64,000 nucleotides of DNA from Candidatus Omnitrophota bacterium (GCA_043803685.1 JAZDJU010000072.1:1-64000); one strand, 5' to 3'. Shown: positions 38,668 through 48,343, counted from the stretch's first letter. Made by a program: numbers and translations. Notes: generated by a model from the letters alone, not told the origin.

Positions 38668-40173
38668 ATGAAATCCAAGACTATTCTGGTGACGGGTGGG
38701 ACGGGGTATGTCGGGGGTCGGTTGATCCCGCTTCTCCTCGAGAAAGGTTATCGCGTTCGCGCTGTTGCCCGCTCACTCCAAAAACTTCAAAGCCGTCCCT
38801 GGGCTAATTTCCCCAATGTCGAGCTCGTGGCCGCCGATCTTCTAGATCCTATGGCTCTTCGAAAAGCGGTGGCGGGCTGCGGGGTCGCCTATTATCTCGT
38901 TCACTCCATGTTATCCCGTCCCAAGATCTTTGAGCATGCGGACCGTCGGGCCGCGGCGAATATGGCGAGGGCTGCGGAAGAAGCGGGTCTTGAGCGGATC
39001 ATCTATCTTGGGGGGCTCGGGGACGTGAGTTCGGACCTCAGTCATCATCTGAGGTCGCGCGCGGAAGTGGCGACGATCCTCCGGGCGGGGAAAGTCCCCG
39101 TGACGGTGCTCAGGGCCGCCATGATCATTGGTTCCGGCAGTACTTCTTTTGAGATCGTCCGTTATCTGGTGGACCGCTTGCCCGTGATGGTGATCCCGAA
39201 ATGGCTCGAGACCCCGTGTCAGCCGATCGCGATCCGTAATGTTCTGAATTATCTGACAAGCTGTCTCGAACGTCCGGAAACCAAGGGTGAGACCTACGAC
39301 ATTGGCGGGCCGGATGTTGTGAGTTACCGGAAGCTGATGGAACTTTACGCTGAAGAAGCCGGGCTTCCGAAACGCCGGCTTCTCGCGATCCCGTTCCTTT
39401 CGACGCGCCTGAGCGCCTATTGGATCCACCTGGTGACGCCTATCCCGGGTCCGATGGCGCGCGCGCTGGCTGAAGGACTTCGTAATCCCGTAATCTGTCA
39501 GGATCTGCGGATCCTGAAAATTCTTCCACAGGAACTTTTAGATTGCCGTATGGCGATGAAACTTGCGTTGCAGAGAGTCGAAGAGGACAGCGTCAAGACT
39601 CACTGGAGTGACGCGGGGAAGGTTCCACCCGCGGAAATGCTGTACCCAGGCGACCCTCAATGGGCGGGAGGAACCGTTTTTGAGGATGAGCGGAGCGTGA
39701 AAGTTCAGGCTAGTCCCGGACAAGTCTGGGATACGATCAAGATGATCGGCGGCACGACCGGCTGGTATCATGCTGACGGTCTCTGGAAGCTTCGGGGTTT
39801 TCTGGACCGGATGGTGGGCGGAGTGGGACTCCGGAGGGGACGGAGGAGCATCCAGGAGATCCGTTCCGGGGATGCGCTGGATTTCTGGCGCGTGGGTCAT
39901 GTCATGGAAGGAAGCGAACTTTTCTTGATCGCGGAAATGAAACTACCAGGGGTCGCGACCTTGGAGTTCAAGATCGAGAAGGATATTGGGGATCCCGGCT
40001 GCTGTAAGCTTCAGCAGAGAGCCCGGTTCATTCCCAAGGGACTCTGGGGGATCCTTTACTGGTACGGGGTGTTGCCGTTGCATGCTTATGTTTTCGGGGG
40101 TATGCTTCAGAAGATCGCTCGTGCCGCGGAAGCGAAGAAAGGGCCTGAAGATGTCGATCGTGAACGAGGATGA
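38668..40173 (+). CDS. SDR-fold NAD(P)-binding protein with DUF2867-like C terminus (YbjT-like)
   Basis: TGGTGYVG, YYLVHSM, HL.SR, GD.LDFWRV, AEMKLPG. Confidence 0.9.
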   Translation: MKSKTILVTGGTGYVGGRLIPLLLEKGYRVRAVARSLQKLQSRPWANFPNVELVAADLLDPMALRKAVAGCGVAYYLVHSMLSRPKIFEHADRRAAANMARAAEEAGLERIIYLGGLGDVSSDLSHHLRSRAEVATILRAGKVPVTVLRAAMIIGSGSTSFEIVRYLVDRLPVMVIPKWLETPCQPIAIRNVLNYLTSCLERPETKGETYDIGGPDVVSYRKLMELYAEEAGLPKRRLLAIPFLSTRLSAYWIHLVTPIPGPMARALAEGLRNPVICQDLRILKILPQELLDCRMAMKLALQRVEEDSVKTHWSDAGKVPPAEMLYPGDPQWAGGTVFEDERSVKVQASPGQVWDTIKMIGGTTGWYHADGLWKLRGFLDRMVGGVGLRRGRRSIQEIRSGDALDFWRVGHVMEGSELFLIAEMKLPGVATLEFKIEKDIGDPGCCKLQQRARFIPKGLWGILYWYGVLPLHAYVFGGMLQKIARAAEAKKGPEDVDRERG

Positions 40174-40399
40174 GGAACTTCCTGATTGGGAAGTGAAGGA
40201 CGAGGAACCCCCTGAGCGGCTCCAAAAGAAATGGGAACAGGAAGAGACCGGAGGGCACCGGACGGTTCTTTGCCGGGCGTGTAAAAAGGAAACGTCTTCG
40301 GGGAATCTGACTTGTGTATTCTGTGGATCCGAGATCTTCGAAGAGAACGCGCTCGATCGTTTGCTGAACTCGATCAAACGTTTTTTCAGAAAGAGCTAA
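40151..40399 (+). CDS. Small zinc-ribbon protein
   Basis: CRAC and CVFC pairs. Confidence 0.6.
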   Translation: MSIVNEDEELPDWEVKDEEPPERLQKKWEQEETGGHRTVLCRACKKETSSGNLTCVFCGSEIFEENALDRLLNSIKRFFRKS

Positions 40400-40403
40400 C
40401 GTT

Positions 40404-40715
40404 ATGAAATGTCCTTTTTGCGCCGAAGAGATCCAGGAAGAAGCCGTCAAGTGCCGGTTCTGTAAAGAATTCCTTGTCATGCGCCCGGAAACAGTACAGG
40501 TCCCTTGGTACGGAAAGCCCATGTTCCTGATCGCGAGTTTTTTGACGGTCGGGCCGTTCGCCCTGCCGTTCGTATGGTTCCATCCGACGTATAGCCGGCG
40601 CACCAAGATCGTCGTGACCGTGATTGTGTTGATCCTCTCCTCCGTCCTTTTCTGGGCGGTTTTTCGCTCCGCAAAGACCGTTTACGATTATTACAAACAA
40701 GTCGGTATTCTTTAA
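40404..40715 (+). CDS. Zinc-ribbon membrane protein
   Basis: CPFCAEEI..A.KCRFC followed by two TM segments. Confidence 0.8.
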   Translation: MKCPFCAEEIQEEAVKCRFCKEFLVMRPETVQVPWYGKPMFLIASFLTVGPFALPFVWFHPTYSRRTKIVVTVIVLILSSVLFWAVFRSAKTVYDYYKQVGIL

Positions 40716-40838
40716 TTTCTCCAGGGCCCGTCGCGCCTTTTGCCCTCAGATCCCAAAGGTATTGAAGTTGCGGCCCCGTCGTTTCCGAATATAATGTCTG
40801 GCATCTTCGGGGACTTGCCAAGAAAAGGACACGGAACC

Positions 40839-41447
40839 ATGCGTAAAATCATTTTTGCATTCTTTCTGGCGTGCATTTTTTTCGGGGGGCACGTGACTCT
40901 GGCCCATGCTTCGGATTGTTCGAAAGAAACTCTGACGGACAAATGGGGGGACCGGATCCATACGATTTTGAAAAGGGGGGAAGAAAAAAAGAAGATCCTC
41001 GCGAAGCGGAAGGCGGATCGCGCGCTCGCTTGCGCGAAGAGGAAGGCCGAGAAAGCTGACGAGAGTCTGCAGGACTCCTTAGACTGTTCGAAAGAGACCC
41101 GGAAGGAAAAATGGGGGGACCGGATCCATACGATTTTGAAAAGGGGGGAAGAAAAAAAGAAGATCCTCGCGAAGCGGAAGGCGGATCGTGTGCTCGCTTG
41201 CGAGAAACGGAAGGCTGAGCAAGCCGCCGGGAATCTTTGGGACTCCTTAGACTGTTCGGAAGAAAATCTAAGGGATCAATGGCCGGATTGGGTCGTGACC
41301 CTCGGAAAAAGTGGAGCGGAAAAAGATAAAATTCTCGCGGAATGGAAAGCGGATCCTAGGCTCGCCTGCGCGAAGTTGAAGGCCGAGAAAGCTGCGGAGG
41401 AAGCGCGTAAGTCCTCGGAAAAACTACAAAAGGAGTTGGAGCTTTAA
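40839..41447 (+). CDS. Exported protein with three 56-aa DCS..C helical modules
   Basis: Signal peptide; modules start at 40914, 41082 and 41250 (168-bp period). Confidence 0.8.
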   Translation: MRKIIFAFFLACIFFGGHVTLAHASDCSKETLTDKWGDRIHTILKRGEEKKKILAKRKADRALACAKRKAEKADESLQDSLDCSKETRKEKWGDRIHTILKRGEEKKKILAKRKADRVLACEKRKAEQAAGNLWDSLDCSEENLRDQWPDWVVTLGKSGAEKDKILAEWKADPRLACAKLKAEKAAEEARKSSEKLQKELEL

Positions 41448-41649
41448 TCTTTCCTGCTTTGAGCCTGGGGTTAGACTATGCAAGAGATCGAGCGGGAAGC
41501 CGAAAAAGCCGCTAAGGAAGCGCCGAAGGGATGCGTCCTTTGTTTCGCCTTTCCAACGCAAGGGTATTCAGGTTGCGGAAGCTCTATTTCCGATTATAAT
41601 GCCCCTGTGTTTTTTAAACCTGGATCATTGGACAAAAGGAGACAAGGCC

Positions 41650-41922
41650 ATGCGTAAATTCATGACAGCGTTTTTTGTTTTAACACTCATGTTCGCAAGT
41701 ACTTCCACGGTTGTTTTCGCGGCGGATTGTTCCAAGGATACGCCGATTGACCAGGTCGGGGATTGGGTCGCGACCCTCGGGAAGAAAGACATGGAAAAAG
41801 ACCAGATCCTGGTGAGGCGCAAGGCGGATCGCGTGCTCGCCTGCACCAAGCGGGAAGCCGAAAAAGCCGCCAAGGAAGTGCAAAAGTCCGCGAATGATAT
41901 GAAAAAGAAAATGGGGTTTTGA
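41650..41922 (+). CDS. Exported single-module paralogue of the upstream protein
   Basis: Signal peptide; DCSKDTPIDQVGDWVATLGK..RKADRVLAC. Confidence 0.8.
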   Translation: MRKFMTAFFVLTLMFASTSTVVFAADCSKDTPIDQVGDWVATLGKKDMEKDQILVRRKADRVLACTKREAEKAAKEVQKSANDMKKKMGF

Positions 41923-41958
41923 TCCTGAAGCAGCGGATACTTTGCGGTCAGAATATGG

Positions 41959-41993
41959 AACGGCCCGGTCCAAAAGATCGGGCCGTTTTTTTT
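41959..41993 (+). terminator. Rho-independent terminator
   Basis: aacggcccg-gtccaaaagat-cgggccgtt followed by a T-run. Confidence 0.75.
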
Positions 41994-42022
41994 GGAACTT
42001 TTTCTCCGATAAGGCGGTCTAA
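41994..42022 (+). promoter_or_regulatory. ECF (RpoE-type) promoter upstream of the sigma gene
   Basis: GGAACTT-16 bp-GTCTAA. Confidence 0.8.
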
Positions 42023-42048
42023 GCCGTCGGAGCCTGGAGTTTGAGACT

Positions 42049-42612
42049 ATGCAAGAGATCGAGCGGGAAGTGATCGTTAGAGCGGGAGAGGGGGACATGA
42101 TGGCCTTTCGGGAGATCTATCAAAAAACTTCCGGATATGTCTACACCCTGGCGTACCGGGTCGTGAACGCGAAGCCGGACGCTGAAGAGGTGACCCAGGA
42201 CGTGTTCCTTAAGGTTCACCGCCATCTCCGTGCCTTCAAGTTCGAATCCTCGTTCAAGACCTGGCTTTACCGGATCGCTGTGAATACCGCGATCAACCAC
42301 GCGAAGAAAAGAAGCCGTGTGACGAACCGCGAAGTGGAAGAAGTATTGGACGATCCTGCGATCGCGTCCCAGCCCGAGGCGGGGAAGCGCCTCGAGGTGG
42401 AAGATGCCGGGAGACGATTGAACCTCCTGCTGGAACAGTTGAATCCGGATCAGCGGGCCTGTATTCTCTCCCGCGAGATCGAAGGCATGGATTATCAGGA
42501 GATCGCGGACAGTCTTGGGATCAATATCAATACCGTTCGTTCGAGACTTAAGAGAGCCCGTGAAACCTTGATGGCGATCGGGCGAAGGGAGGTAGCGAGC
42601 CATGGAATGTAA
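42049..42612 (+). CDS. ECF sigma-70 factor
   Basis: DAEEVTQDVFLK, F.TWLYRIAVN, Y.EIA..LG...NTVRSRLKRAR. Confidence 0.95.
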   Translation: MQEIEREVIVRAGEGDMMAFREIYQKTSGYVYTLAYRVVNAKPDAEEVTQDVFLKVHRHLRAFKFESSFKTWLYRIAVNTAINHAKKRSRVTNREVEEVLDDPAIASQPEAGKRLEVEDAGRRLNLLLEQLNPDQRACILSREIEGMDYQEIADSLGININTVRSRLKRARETLMAIGRREVASHGM

Positions 42613-43102
42613 AAAGATACAAGACCGACTGATGACCGACTATGTGGATCAGGCGCTTGATCCCGCGGAAAGCGCCGGTATCGAACGTCATTTGACCTCG
42701 TGTCCCCATTGCCGGGAATTTTTGGAAGGGGTCCGGCAGACTGCGGTGATGCCTTTTAAGGAGGCCGAGGAAATGAAGCCGGAGGATGCTGTTTGGGTGA
42801 AGATCCAGGAGAGGATCGAGGCGGAGCGCAGGCATTCCTGGGATTGGTTCGGAGGGTTGGCGGAGTCCCTGGCGCCTTTTTTCAGGATCTCAGCGCCCAT
42901 TTTCCGGGCGGCTTTCGTCACAGCCATGATCCTTGTGATCGTGATAGTCGCGAAATGGCCATCCAGTTACGCGGATCCGGTCTATGGCTATATTTCCGAA
43001 CAGATGACTTTTATGAACGGGCTCCAGACAGGGAATACGGAGCTTTTGAACGGGGATCTCAAAGACGACGAATTGGTTTTTGAAGAAATGACGGCCGGGT
43101 AA
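42602..43102 (+). CDS. Zinc-finger (ZAS) anti-sigma factor
   Basis: HLTSCPHC HxxxCxxC motif plus one TM segment. Confidence 0.88.
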   Translation: MECKKIQDRLMTDYVDQALDPAESAGIERHLTSCPHCREFLEGVRQTAVMPFKEAEEMKPEDAVWVKIQERIEAERRHSWDWFGGLAESLAPFFRISAPIFRAAFVTAMILVIVIVAKWPSSYADPVYGYISEQMTFMNGLQTGNTELLNGDLKDDELVFEEMTAG

Positions 43103-43103
43103 C

Positions 43104-43132
43104 GGAACTTTTCCGGGATGCGGTTTGTCTTA
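43104..43132 (+). promoter_or_regulatory. Second ECF promoter, upstream of the Spy/CpxP-like gene
   Basis: GGAACTT-16 bp-GTCTTA. Confidence 0.75.
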
Positions 43133-43158
43133 TGGAACAGAAAAGGGAGGGTTTCAAA

Positions 43159-43695
43159 ATGGAAAACAAAATGAAAAAGGTCGTGGCAGTTTTGATGGTG
43201 GTAGGGTTGATGGCCGTGGGGCCTGTCGCCTACGCTGCAACGGAGGCAAATAGCTCGGAAGGTGGCAAGGGGGGCAAGCAGGGGAAAGGCCCGAAGTTCG
43301 AAGAGATGATGAAAGATCTCAAGCTGACCCCGGAACAGAAGGAAAAACTCAAGGCCCAACGCGAGGCCCAGAAGGAAAGCAATAAGGCGGCGCGTGAGCA
43401 GATGAAGACAAAAATGGAGGCGCTCCATGCCGCGATCGAGAAGCCAGGCGCGACGCGCGCGGATGTGGCAGGGCTCGTGGGCGAGGTGAACGCTCTCAAG
43501 GCGCAGATGTTCGCGCAAAGGATCGATGGCGTCTTCGCGATGAAAGAGATCCTTACGCCCGAACAATTCGCCAAGATGGAAGCGAAGCGCAAGGAGCACA
43601 TGGGTAAGATGCGCAAGCATTGGGGCAACAAGGAGTCCAAGGGGTCCGAGGGATCTCAGGAATTACAGGAACCCCCGGAACCGCCGCAGGATTAA
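43159..43695 (+). CDS. Spy/CpxP-like periplasmic chaperone
   Basis: Signal peptide, two LTPEQ motifs. Confidence 0.88.
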   Translation: MENKMKKVVAVLMVVGLMAVGPVAYAATEANSSEGGKGGKQGKGPKFEEMMKDLKLTPEQKEKLKAQREAQKESNKAAREQMKTKMEALHAAIEKPGATRADVAGLVGEVNALKAQMFAQRIDGVFAMKEILTPEQFAKMEAKRKEHMGKMRKHWGNKESKGSEGSQELQEPPEPPQD

Positions 43696-43716
43696 ATCTC
43701 AGACCGGTATGGGGAT

Positions 43717-43758
43717 GAGCGCCGGGCTTTCCCTTAGGGGGAGGCCCGGCGTTCTTTT
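43717..43758 (+). terminator. Rho-independent terminator
   Basis: gagcgccgggc...gcccggcgttc followed by tttt. Confidence 0.75.
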
Positions 43759-43983
43759 ATTAAGCCATAACGCCTCCTTTTCATATGAGGCGTTTTTTGT
43801 TATCATACCCGCCCTATCCCAACTGTAAAATTCTTTACATAAATGGTAGTTGGGACAGCCCTGATTATTATTTTCTTTTCTTGAATGGTAACCAGGGCAG
43901 CCCCAATCGCAGCTTTGCTTCGATTGATCAGAATTGGGACTGCCCTAATTTCCGTTTTGCGGAAATTAATATGAATTAGGACT

Positions 43984-44766
43984 ATGGAAACCTTATCCTT
44001 AAGACAGAACAACATCCTTCGGGGTGTGATCGAGACGCATATTGAGACCACGCAACCGGTGGGTTCCCGGCTGATCGCCGAACGATATGCGATCTCCTTT
44101 TCGCCGGCGACGATCCGCCATGAGATGGGCTCTCTGGAAGAAATGGGTTATCTCACGCATCCCCATACCTCGTCAGGCCGTTTACCGACGGATCATGGTT
44201 ACCGTTATTATCTGGATCACACTTCGTTCGAAACCACGGTTTCCGAACCCTTAGTCCGTTTGGGAGAGGAGCTTGTTCCCTCCGACGGGGGCGACAAGCT
44301 TGAGGAGTTCCTGGACCATATCTCTCTTTTGCTTTCCTCGCTCTCTCAGGAGATCGGACTGGTTCTGATGCCTTCGACGGAGAGTTTGGAGATCGAAAGT
44401 CCGGGACGCATCAAGCTTTCTTTGCAGGGATTGTCCCGCATGCTTGAAAAACCGGAATTCCAGGACGTCCGGAAGGTCCGGAATCTCCTGGCCGTCATTG
44501 AGGAAAAAGTGGCGTTGATGCAATGGGTCCTGACTCACGCGGACCTGGGGCGCGTGTCCGTTTCTGTGGGCCGCGAGCATTCGCACGAAGCGCTCGAAGA
44601 TTGCGCGATCGTGACAGCCCGCTACGGCGCGGGAAAGAACCGTCAGGGCGTCATCGCGGTCCTGGGCCCCCGGCGTATGGCCTACCGGCAGGTCATTCCT
44701 TTGATCTCTCGTATGGCCGCAACCATAAGTGATATTCTTGAACAAAGGGAGTTTGAAGCATCATGA
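43984..44766 (+). CDS. hrcA: Heat-inducible repressor HrcA (shortened, 260 aa)
   Basis: PVGS, SPATIRHEM..LEE.GYL..PHTSSGR.PT..GYRYY, GP.RM.Y. Confidence 0.93.
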   Translation: METLSLRQNNILRGVIETHIETTQPVGSRLIAERYAISFSPATIRHEMGSLEEMGYLTHPHTSSGRLPTDHGYRYYLDHTSFETTVSEPLVRLGEELVPSDGGDKLEEFLDHISLLLSSLSQEIGLVLMPSTESLEIESPGRIKLSLQGLSRMLEKPEFQDVRKVRNLLAVIEEKVALMQWVLTHADLGRVSVSVGREHSHEALEDCAIVTARYGAGKNRQGVIAVLGPRRMAYRQVIPLISRMAATISDILEQREFEAS

Positions 44767-45413
44767 GCCATCATCACAAGAAGGACCATCCTAAAAAGCA
44801 GGACGACGGGCAGCCGGTCGAGGGGGGCGCAACCGCTTCCTCAGCCCAAGACGGTGAAAAGATCGAAGTTCCGGCCGCGGAGCACGAGGCCCTCAAGAAG
44901 AAGGTTGAGGAGCTCGAAGGATTGCGTCAGAAATTCCTGATGGCGGCGGCGGATTATGAAAATGCCAAGAAACGGAACGCCAAGGACAAAGAAGATTTCA
45001 TCAAGTTCAGCCAGGAGCGGATCTTGAGGGATCTTTTGCCGGTCGTGGATAATTTTGAACGCGCGGTGGGCCACGCGAACACGGCTTCCGTGAACGCTTC
45101 CGACGAAGACGCTCTGCGGCAGAACCTGAAAACGCTCATCTCCGGTGTGGAACGCGTGCAGAAACAGTTAAACGACATTCTCAAGATGCACGGGCTCAAG
45201 CGGATCGAGACGGCGGACCAGGTGTTCAATCCGCATTTCCACGAAGTCGTCGCGCACGTGCCCGAGGAAGGCAAGGAAGACCAGATCGTCGACGAACTCG
45301 AACCCGGTTTCATGCTGCATGACCGTCTTCTCAGAGCCGCGAAGGTCCGTGTCCGCGTGTCACCCCAACAAAAAACGTCCTCTTCCGAAGAGAAAGAGGA
45401 CGAAATTACTTAA
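44763..45413 (+). CDS. grpE: Nucleotide exchange factor GrpE
   Basis: AD.EN..KR, LLPV.DNFERA, FNP..HE, G..L..R.LR.AKV. Confidence 0.95.
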   Translation: MSHHHKKDHPKKQDDGQPVEGGATASSAQDGEKIEVPAAEHEALKKKVEELEGLRQKFLMAAADYENAKKRNAKDKEDFIKFSQERILRDLLPVVDNFERAVGHANTASVNASDEDALRQNLKTLISGVERVQKQLNDILKMHGLKRIETADQVFNPHFHEVVAHVPEEGKEDQIVDELEPGFMLHDRLLRAAKVRVRVSPQQKTSSSEEKEDEIT

Positions 45414-45417
45414 AAAG

Positions 45418-45500
45418 GCCGAGCCACGTTCCACGCGCGACGCTCCACGAAGAGTTTTCTACATTTACGTGGCACGTGGCCCGTTCGTTCGTGGCACGGG
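45418..45500. repeat. Heptamer array (CACG core) followed by inverse (CGTGG) units
   Basis: cacgttc cacgcgc gacgctc cacgaag ... acgtggc acgtggc ... tcgtggc. Confidence 0.75.
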
Positions 45501-45509
45501 ATTTAATTC

Positions 45510-46607
45510 ATGGCCAAACGCGATTATTATGAAGTGTTGAGTGTGACCCGGACTGCGGACGGGGAGACGATCAAGAAGAGTTACCGCAAACTCGCCCTTC
45601 AGTACCATCCCGACCGCAATCCCGGGGACAAGGCGTCGGAGGAAAAATTCAAGGAGGCCGCGGAGGCTTACGCCGTCTTGAGCGACTCGGACAAGCGGGC
45701 CCGTTACGACCAGTTCGGGCACAATATGGGTGGCGCGGGATTTTCCGGCTTCGAAGGTTTTCAGGACGCGTTCGGCGGGTTCAACGATATTTTTGGCGAT
45801 CTTTTCGAGGATTTCTTTGGCGGCAGCGGGGGCGGCGGGAGACGGCGTGGCCGGGGCCAGCGGGGATCTGACCTGGAATACACGGTGGAGCTCGAGCTCA
45901 CCGAGGTGCTCACCGGCAAGACCTTTGACCTTGAGATCCCGCGCAAGGAAACTTGCGGTGAGTGCCAGGGCACAGGCGCCGAAAAAGGTTCCCAGAAGAA
46001 AACCTGCACGGATTGCGGGGGGCGTGGAGAAGTTCGCGTCTCCCAGGGGTTTTTCACGCTTCGCAGGACTTGTCCCCGGTGCCGTGGCGCGGGAGAGGCG
46101 ATCGAGAAGCCCTGCCCGAGTTGTCACGGAGAGGGACGCGCGCGCAAGACCCGGAAACTTCAGGTGAAAATTCCAGCCGGGATCGAGCACGGTTCGCGGC
46201 TTCGCGTGACCGGAGAAGGCGAGGCCGGACAAGGCGGCGCATCACGCGGCGATCTGTACATTCAGGTGCTTGTCAAAAAGAACAAGACCTTCGAGCGGCA
46301 GGGGAACGACATTTATTGCGAAGTTCTGATCCCTTACACGGTGGCGGTGCTGGGCGGCGAAGTGGAAGTGCCGACGCTTACGGGAAAAACGGCTCTTGAG
46401 ATCGCGGCGGGCACTCCGTCGGCGAAGGTCCTCAAGATCAAGGGCGAGGGCGTTCCGGCTTTCGGGATGGAAGGACGGCGCGGGGACGAGTACGTGAAGG
46501 TCGATATCGAGGTCCCGGTGAAATTGAGCAAGCAGGAACGCGAGCTCCTGGAAAAGTTCGCGGCTGAGCGCAAAGAGAAGGTTCAGACGAAGAAGAGTTT
46601 CTTTTAA
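45510..46607 (+). CDS. dnaJ: Chaperone DnaJ
   Basis: HPD J-domain, G/F region, four CxxCxGxG repeats. Confidence 0.98.
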   Translation: MAKRDYYEVLSVTRTADGETIKKSYRKLALQYHPDRNPGDKASEEKFKEAAEAYAVLSDSDKRARYDQFGHNMGGAGFSGFEGFQDAFGGFNDIFGDLFEDFFGGSGGGGRRRGRGQRGSDLEYTVELELTEVLTGKTFDLEIPRKETCGECQGTGAEKGSQKKTCTDCGGRGEVRVSQGFFTLRRTCPRCRGAGEAIEKPCPSCHGEGRARKTRKLQVKIPAGIEHGSRLRVTGEGEAGQGGASRGDLYIQVLVKKNKTFERQGNDIYCEVLIPYTVAVLGGEVEVPTLTGKTALEIAAGTPSAKVLKIKGEGVPAFGMEGRRGDEYVKVDIEVPVKLSKQERELLEKFAAERKEKVQTKKSFF

Positions 46608-46608
46608 A

Positions 46609-46673
46609 GAACGGGAAACGGCAAGCGTGGAACGGTGAACGGTTTCGTTTCCCGTCGGACGTTCCACGCTCCC
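46609..46673. repeat. Heptamer array (GAACGGn) followed by inverse units
   Basis: gaacggg aaacggc aagcgtg gaacggt gaacggt ... ccgtcgg acgttcc acgctcc. Confidence 0.7.
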
Positions 46674-46684
46674 CGAGGAGAAAT

Positions 46685-47116
46685 ATGGAATATTTCGATT
46701 ACCGTTACCGGGTGCTTTACGCGGACACGGATCAGATGGGGATCACCTACTACGCGAACTATCTGAAATGGTTCGAGGCCGCGCGCACGGAGTATTTCCG
46801 GGCGCTGGGGTTTCCCTACACCGAGTGCGAAAAAAAAGGGATCTACCTGCCGGTCGCGGAGGCGCACGCGAATTATCTCGCGCCCTCGACCTACGACGAC
46901 GATATTACGGTGCGCACAAGCGTGGTCGAGGTCGGTAACAGCACGATCCGATTTGAGTACCAGGTGATGAACGCGAAAACCCACATCGTGCTCGCGACGG
47001 GGCACACCGTCCACGTGTTCGTGAATAAGGCGATGAAGCCGTGTCGTGTGCCCGAAGAGATCAAACAAGTGGTCAAGGAGCACGCGCTTCTCAAGAAACG
47101 CTGCCGCTGTAAGTAA
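46685..47116 (+). CDS. YbgC/FadM-family acyl-CoA thioesterase
   Basis: RV.YADTDQMG..YYANYL.WFE.AR. Confidence 0.92.
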   Translation: MEYFDYRYRVLYADTDQMGITYYANYLKWFEAARTEYFRALGFPYTECEKKGIYLPVAEAHANYLAPSTYDDDITVRTSVVEVGNSTIRFEYQVMNAKTHIVLATGHTVHVFVNKAMKPCRVPEEIKQVVKEHALLKKRCRCK

Positions 47117-47222
47117 GTACTGAGTTCTGGGTACGGAGTTCGGAGTGAAAAATTTTTTGGCTTTAACCTCATCCGCGTGGCCCGTGGCCCGTGGCCCGTG
47201 GCTCGTGGCGCGTGGAACGATG
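47111..47222. repeat. Bipartite heptamer array: TACGGAG-like units then CCCGTGG-like units
   Basis: tactgag ttctggg tacggag ttcggag ... cgcgtgg cccgtgg cccgtgg cccgtgg ctcgtgg cgcgtgg. Confidence 0.85.
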
Positions 47223-47237
47223 ATAGAAAGGGTTAAG

Positions 47238-48290
47238 ATGACGAAGAAGATCAAAGTGACAGTGCTCGGGGACGGTGGATGGGGAACGGCCCTTGCGCTC
47301 GTGAACCATCGTCGCGGGAATGACGTGATGATCTGGTCCGCTTTTGAGGACTACGCCGCAGTGCTCCGGAAAAAACGCGAAAATGTTAAATTTCTGCCGG
47401 GCGTGAAACTGCCCAAAGATCTTCGCGTCACCTCCGACCTCAACGAAGCGGTCGATTTCGGGGACGTGCTAGTCCTTGCCATTCCTTCGCAGTATCTGCG
47501 CAGTGTCATTTCCAGGATCAAAGGGCTTTCATTTAAGGGCAAGATCCTCGTGAGTACTGCCAAAGGGATCGAAAAGAAGACCTGCCTGAGGCCTTCTGAG
47601 ATCATCCGTTCGGTTCTGGGCAAGAAACTTCCGCTCGTGGTGTTATCAGGGCCTTCGCACGCAGAAGAAGTGGCGCGCAGGATCCCGACCCTGACCGTGG
47701 CGGCTTCAGAGAACCCGAAACATGCCCAGTACGTTCAGGAATATTTTCGCGATCCCCAGTTCCGGATCTACGTCCAGAAGGATCTGGTGGGGGTCGAGTT
47801 CGGCGGCGCGCTCAAGAACGTGATCGCGATCGCGGCCGGTGTTTGTGACGGCCTGAAGTTCGGGGACAACACCAAGTCGGGTCTCATCACGCGCGGACTT
47901 TACGAGATCGTGCGACTCGGCGTGAAACACGGCGCGAACCCCAACACCTTCTTCGGTCTTTCCGGGATCGGCGACCTCATCACGACCTGTTTTTCCAAGC
48001 ACGGCCGCAATCTTCATGTGGGCCGCGAGCTTGGCAAGGGTCGCAAGATAAAAAAGATCCTCGGGGAAATGGCCATGGTCGCCGAGGGCGTGGACACGGC
48101 TTTGAGCGTCCACCAGCTTTGTGAGCGGGAAGACCTCCAGTTGCCGATCATGGGCGAGGTCTATCAGATGCTCTTCAAGGACAAGGACCCCGGCAAGGTG
48201 GTGGAGTCGCTTCTTTCGCGCACGCCTTATGAGGAATGGAAAGCCTTCGACCTTAGCTCGTTCCGCGGGAAGATTGTGCGGAAAAAATAA
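47238..48290 (+). CDS. gpsA: NAD(P)H-dependent glycerol-3-phosphate dehydrogenase
   Basis: GDGGWGTALA, SGPSHAEEV, GGALKNVIAIAAG, GDN.K, G.GDL..TC.S..GRN; start trimmed to ATG 47238. Confidence 0.96.
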   Translation: MTKKIKVTVLGDGGWGTALALVNHRRGNDVMIWSAFEDYAAVLRKKRENVKFLPGVKLPKDLRVTSDLNEAVDFGDVLVLAIPSQYLRSVISRIKGLSFKGKILVSTAKGIEKKTCLRPSEIIRSVLGKKLPLVVLSGPSHAEEVARRIPTLTVAASENPKHAQYVQEYFRDPQFRIYVQKDLVGVEFGGALKNVIAIAAGVCDGLKFGDNTKSGLITRGLYEIVRLGVKHGANPNTFFGLSGIGDLITTCFSKHGRNLHVGRELGKGRKIKKILGEMAMVAEGVDTALSVHQLCEREDLQLPIMGEVYQMLFKDKDPGKVVESLLSRTPYEEWKAFDLSSFRGKIVRKK

Positions 48291-48306
48291 TCTCTTTTCT
48301 GGACAC

Positions 48307-48343
48307 AAAAAAAGCCACGAGGAAAAACCTCGTGGCTTTTTTT
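48307..48343. terminator. Bidirectional terminator between convergent gpsA and fadL
   Basis: aaaaaagccacgagg-aaaaa-cctcgtggctttttt. Confidence 0.9.

Noticed and set aside
47145..47237. N-terminal extension of GpsA (WPVARGPWLVARG)
   Set aside because: It is a translation of the heptamer array; ATG 47238 with an upstream GAAAGGG is the more plausible start
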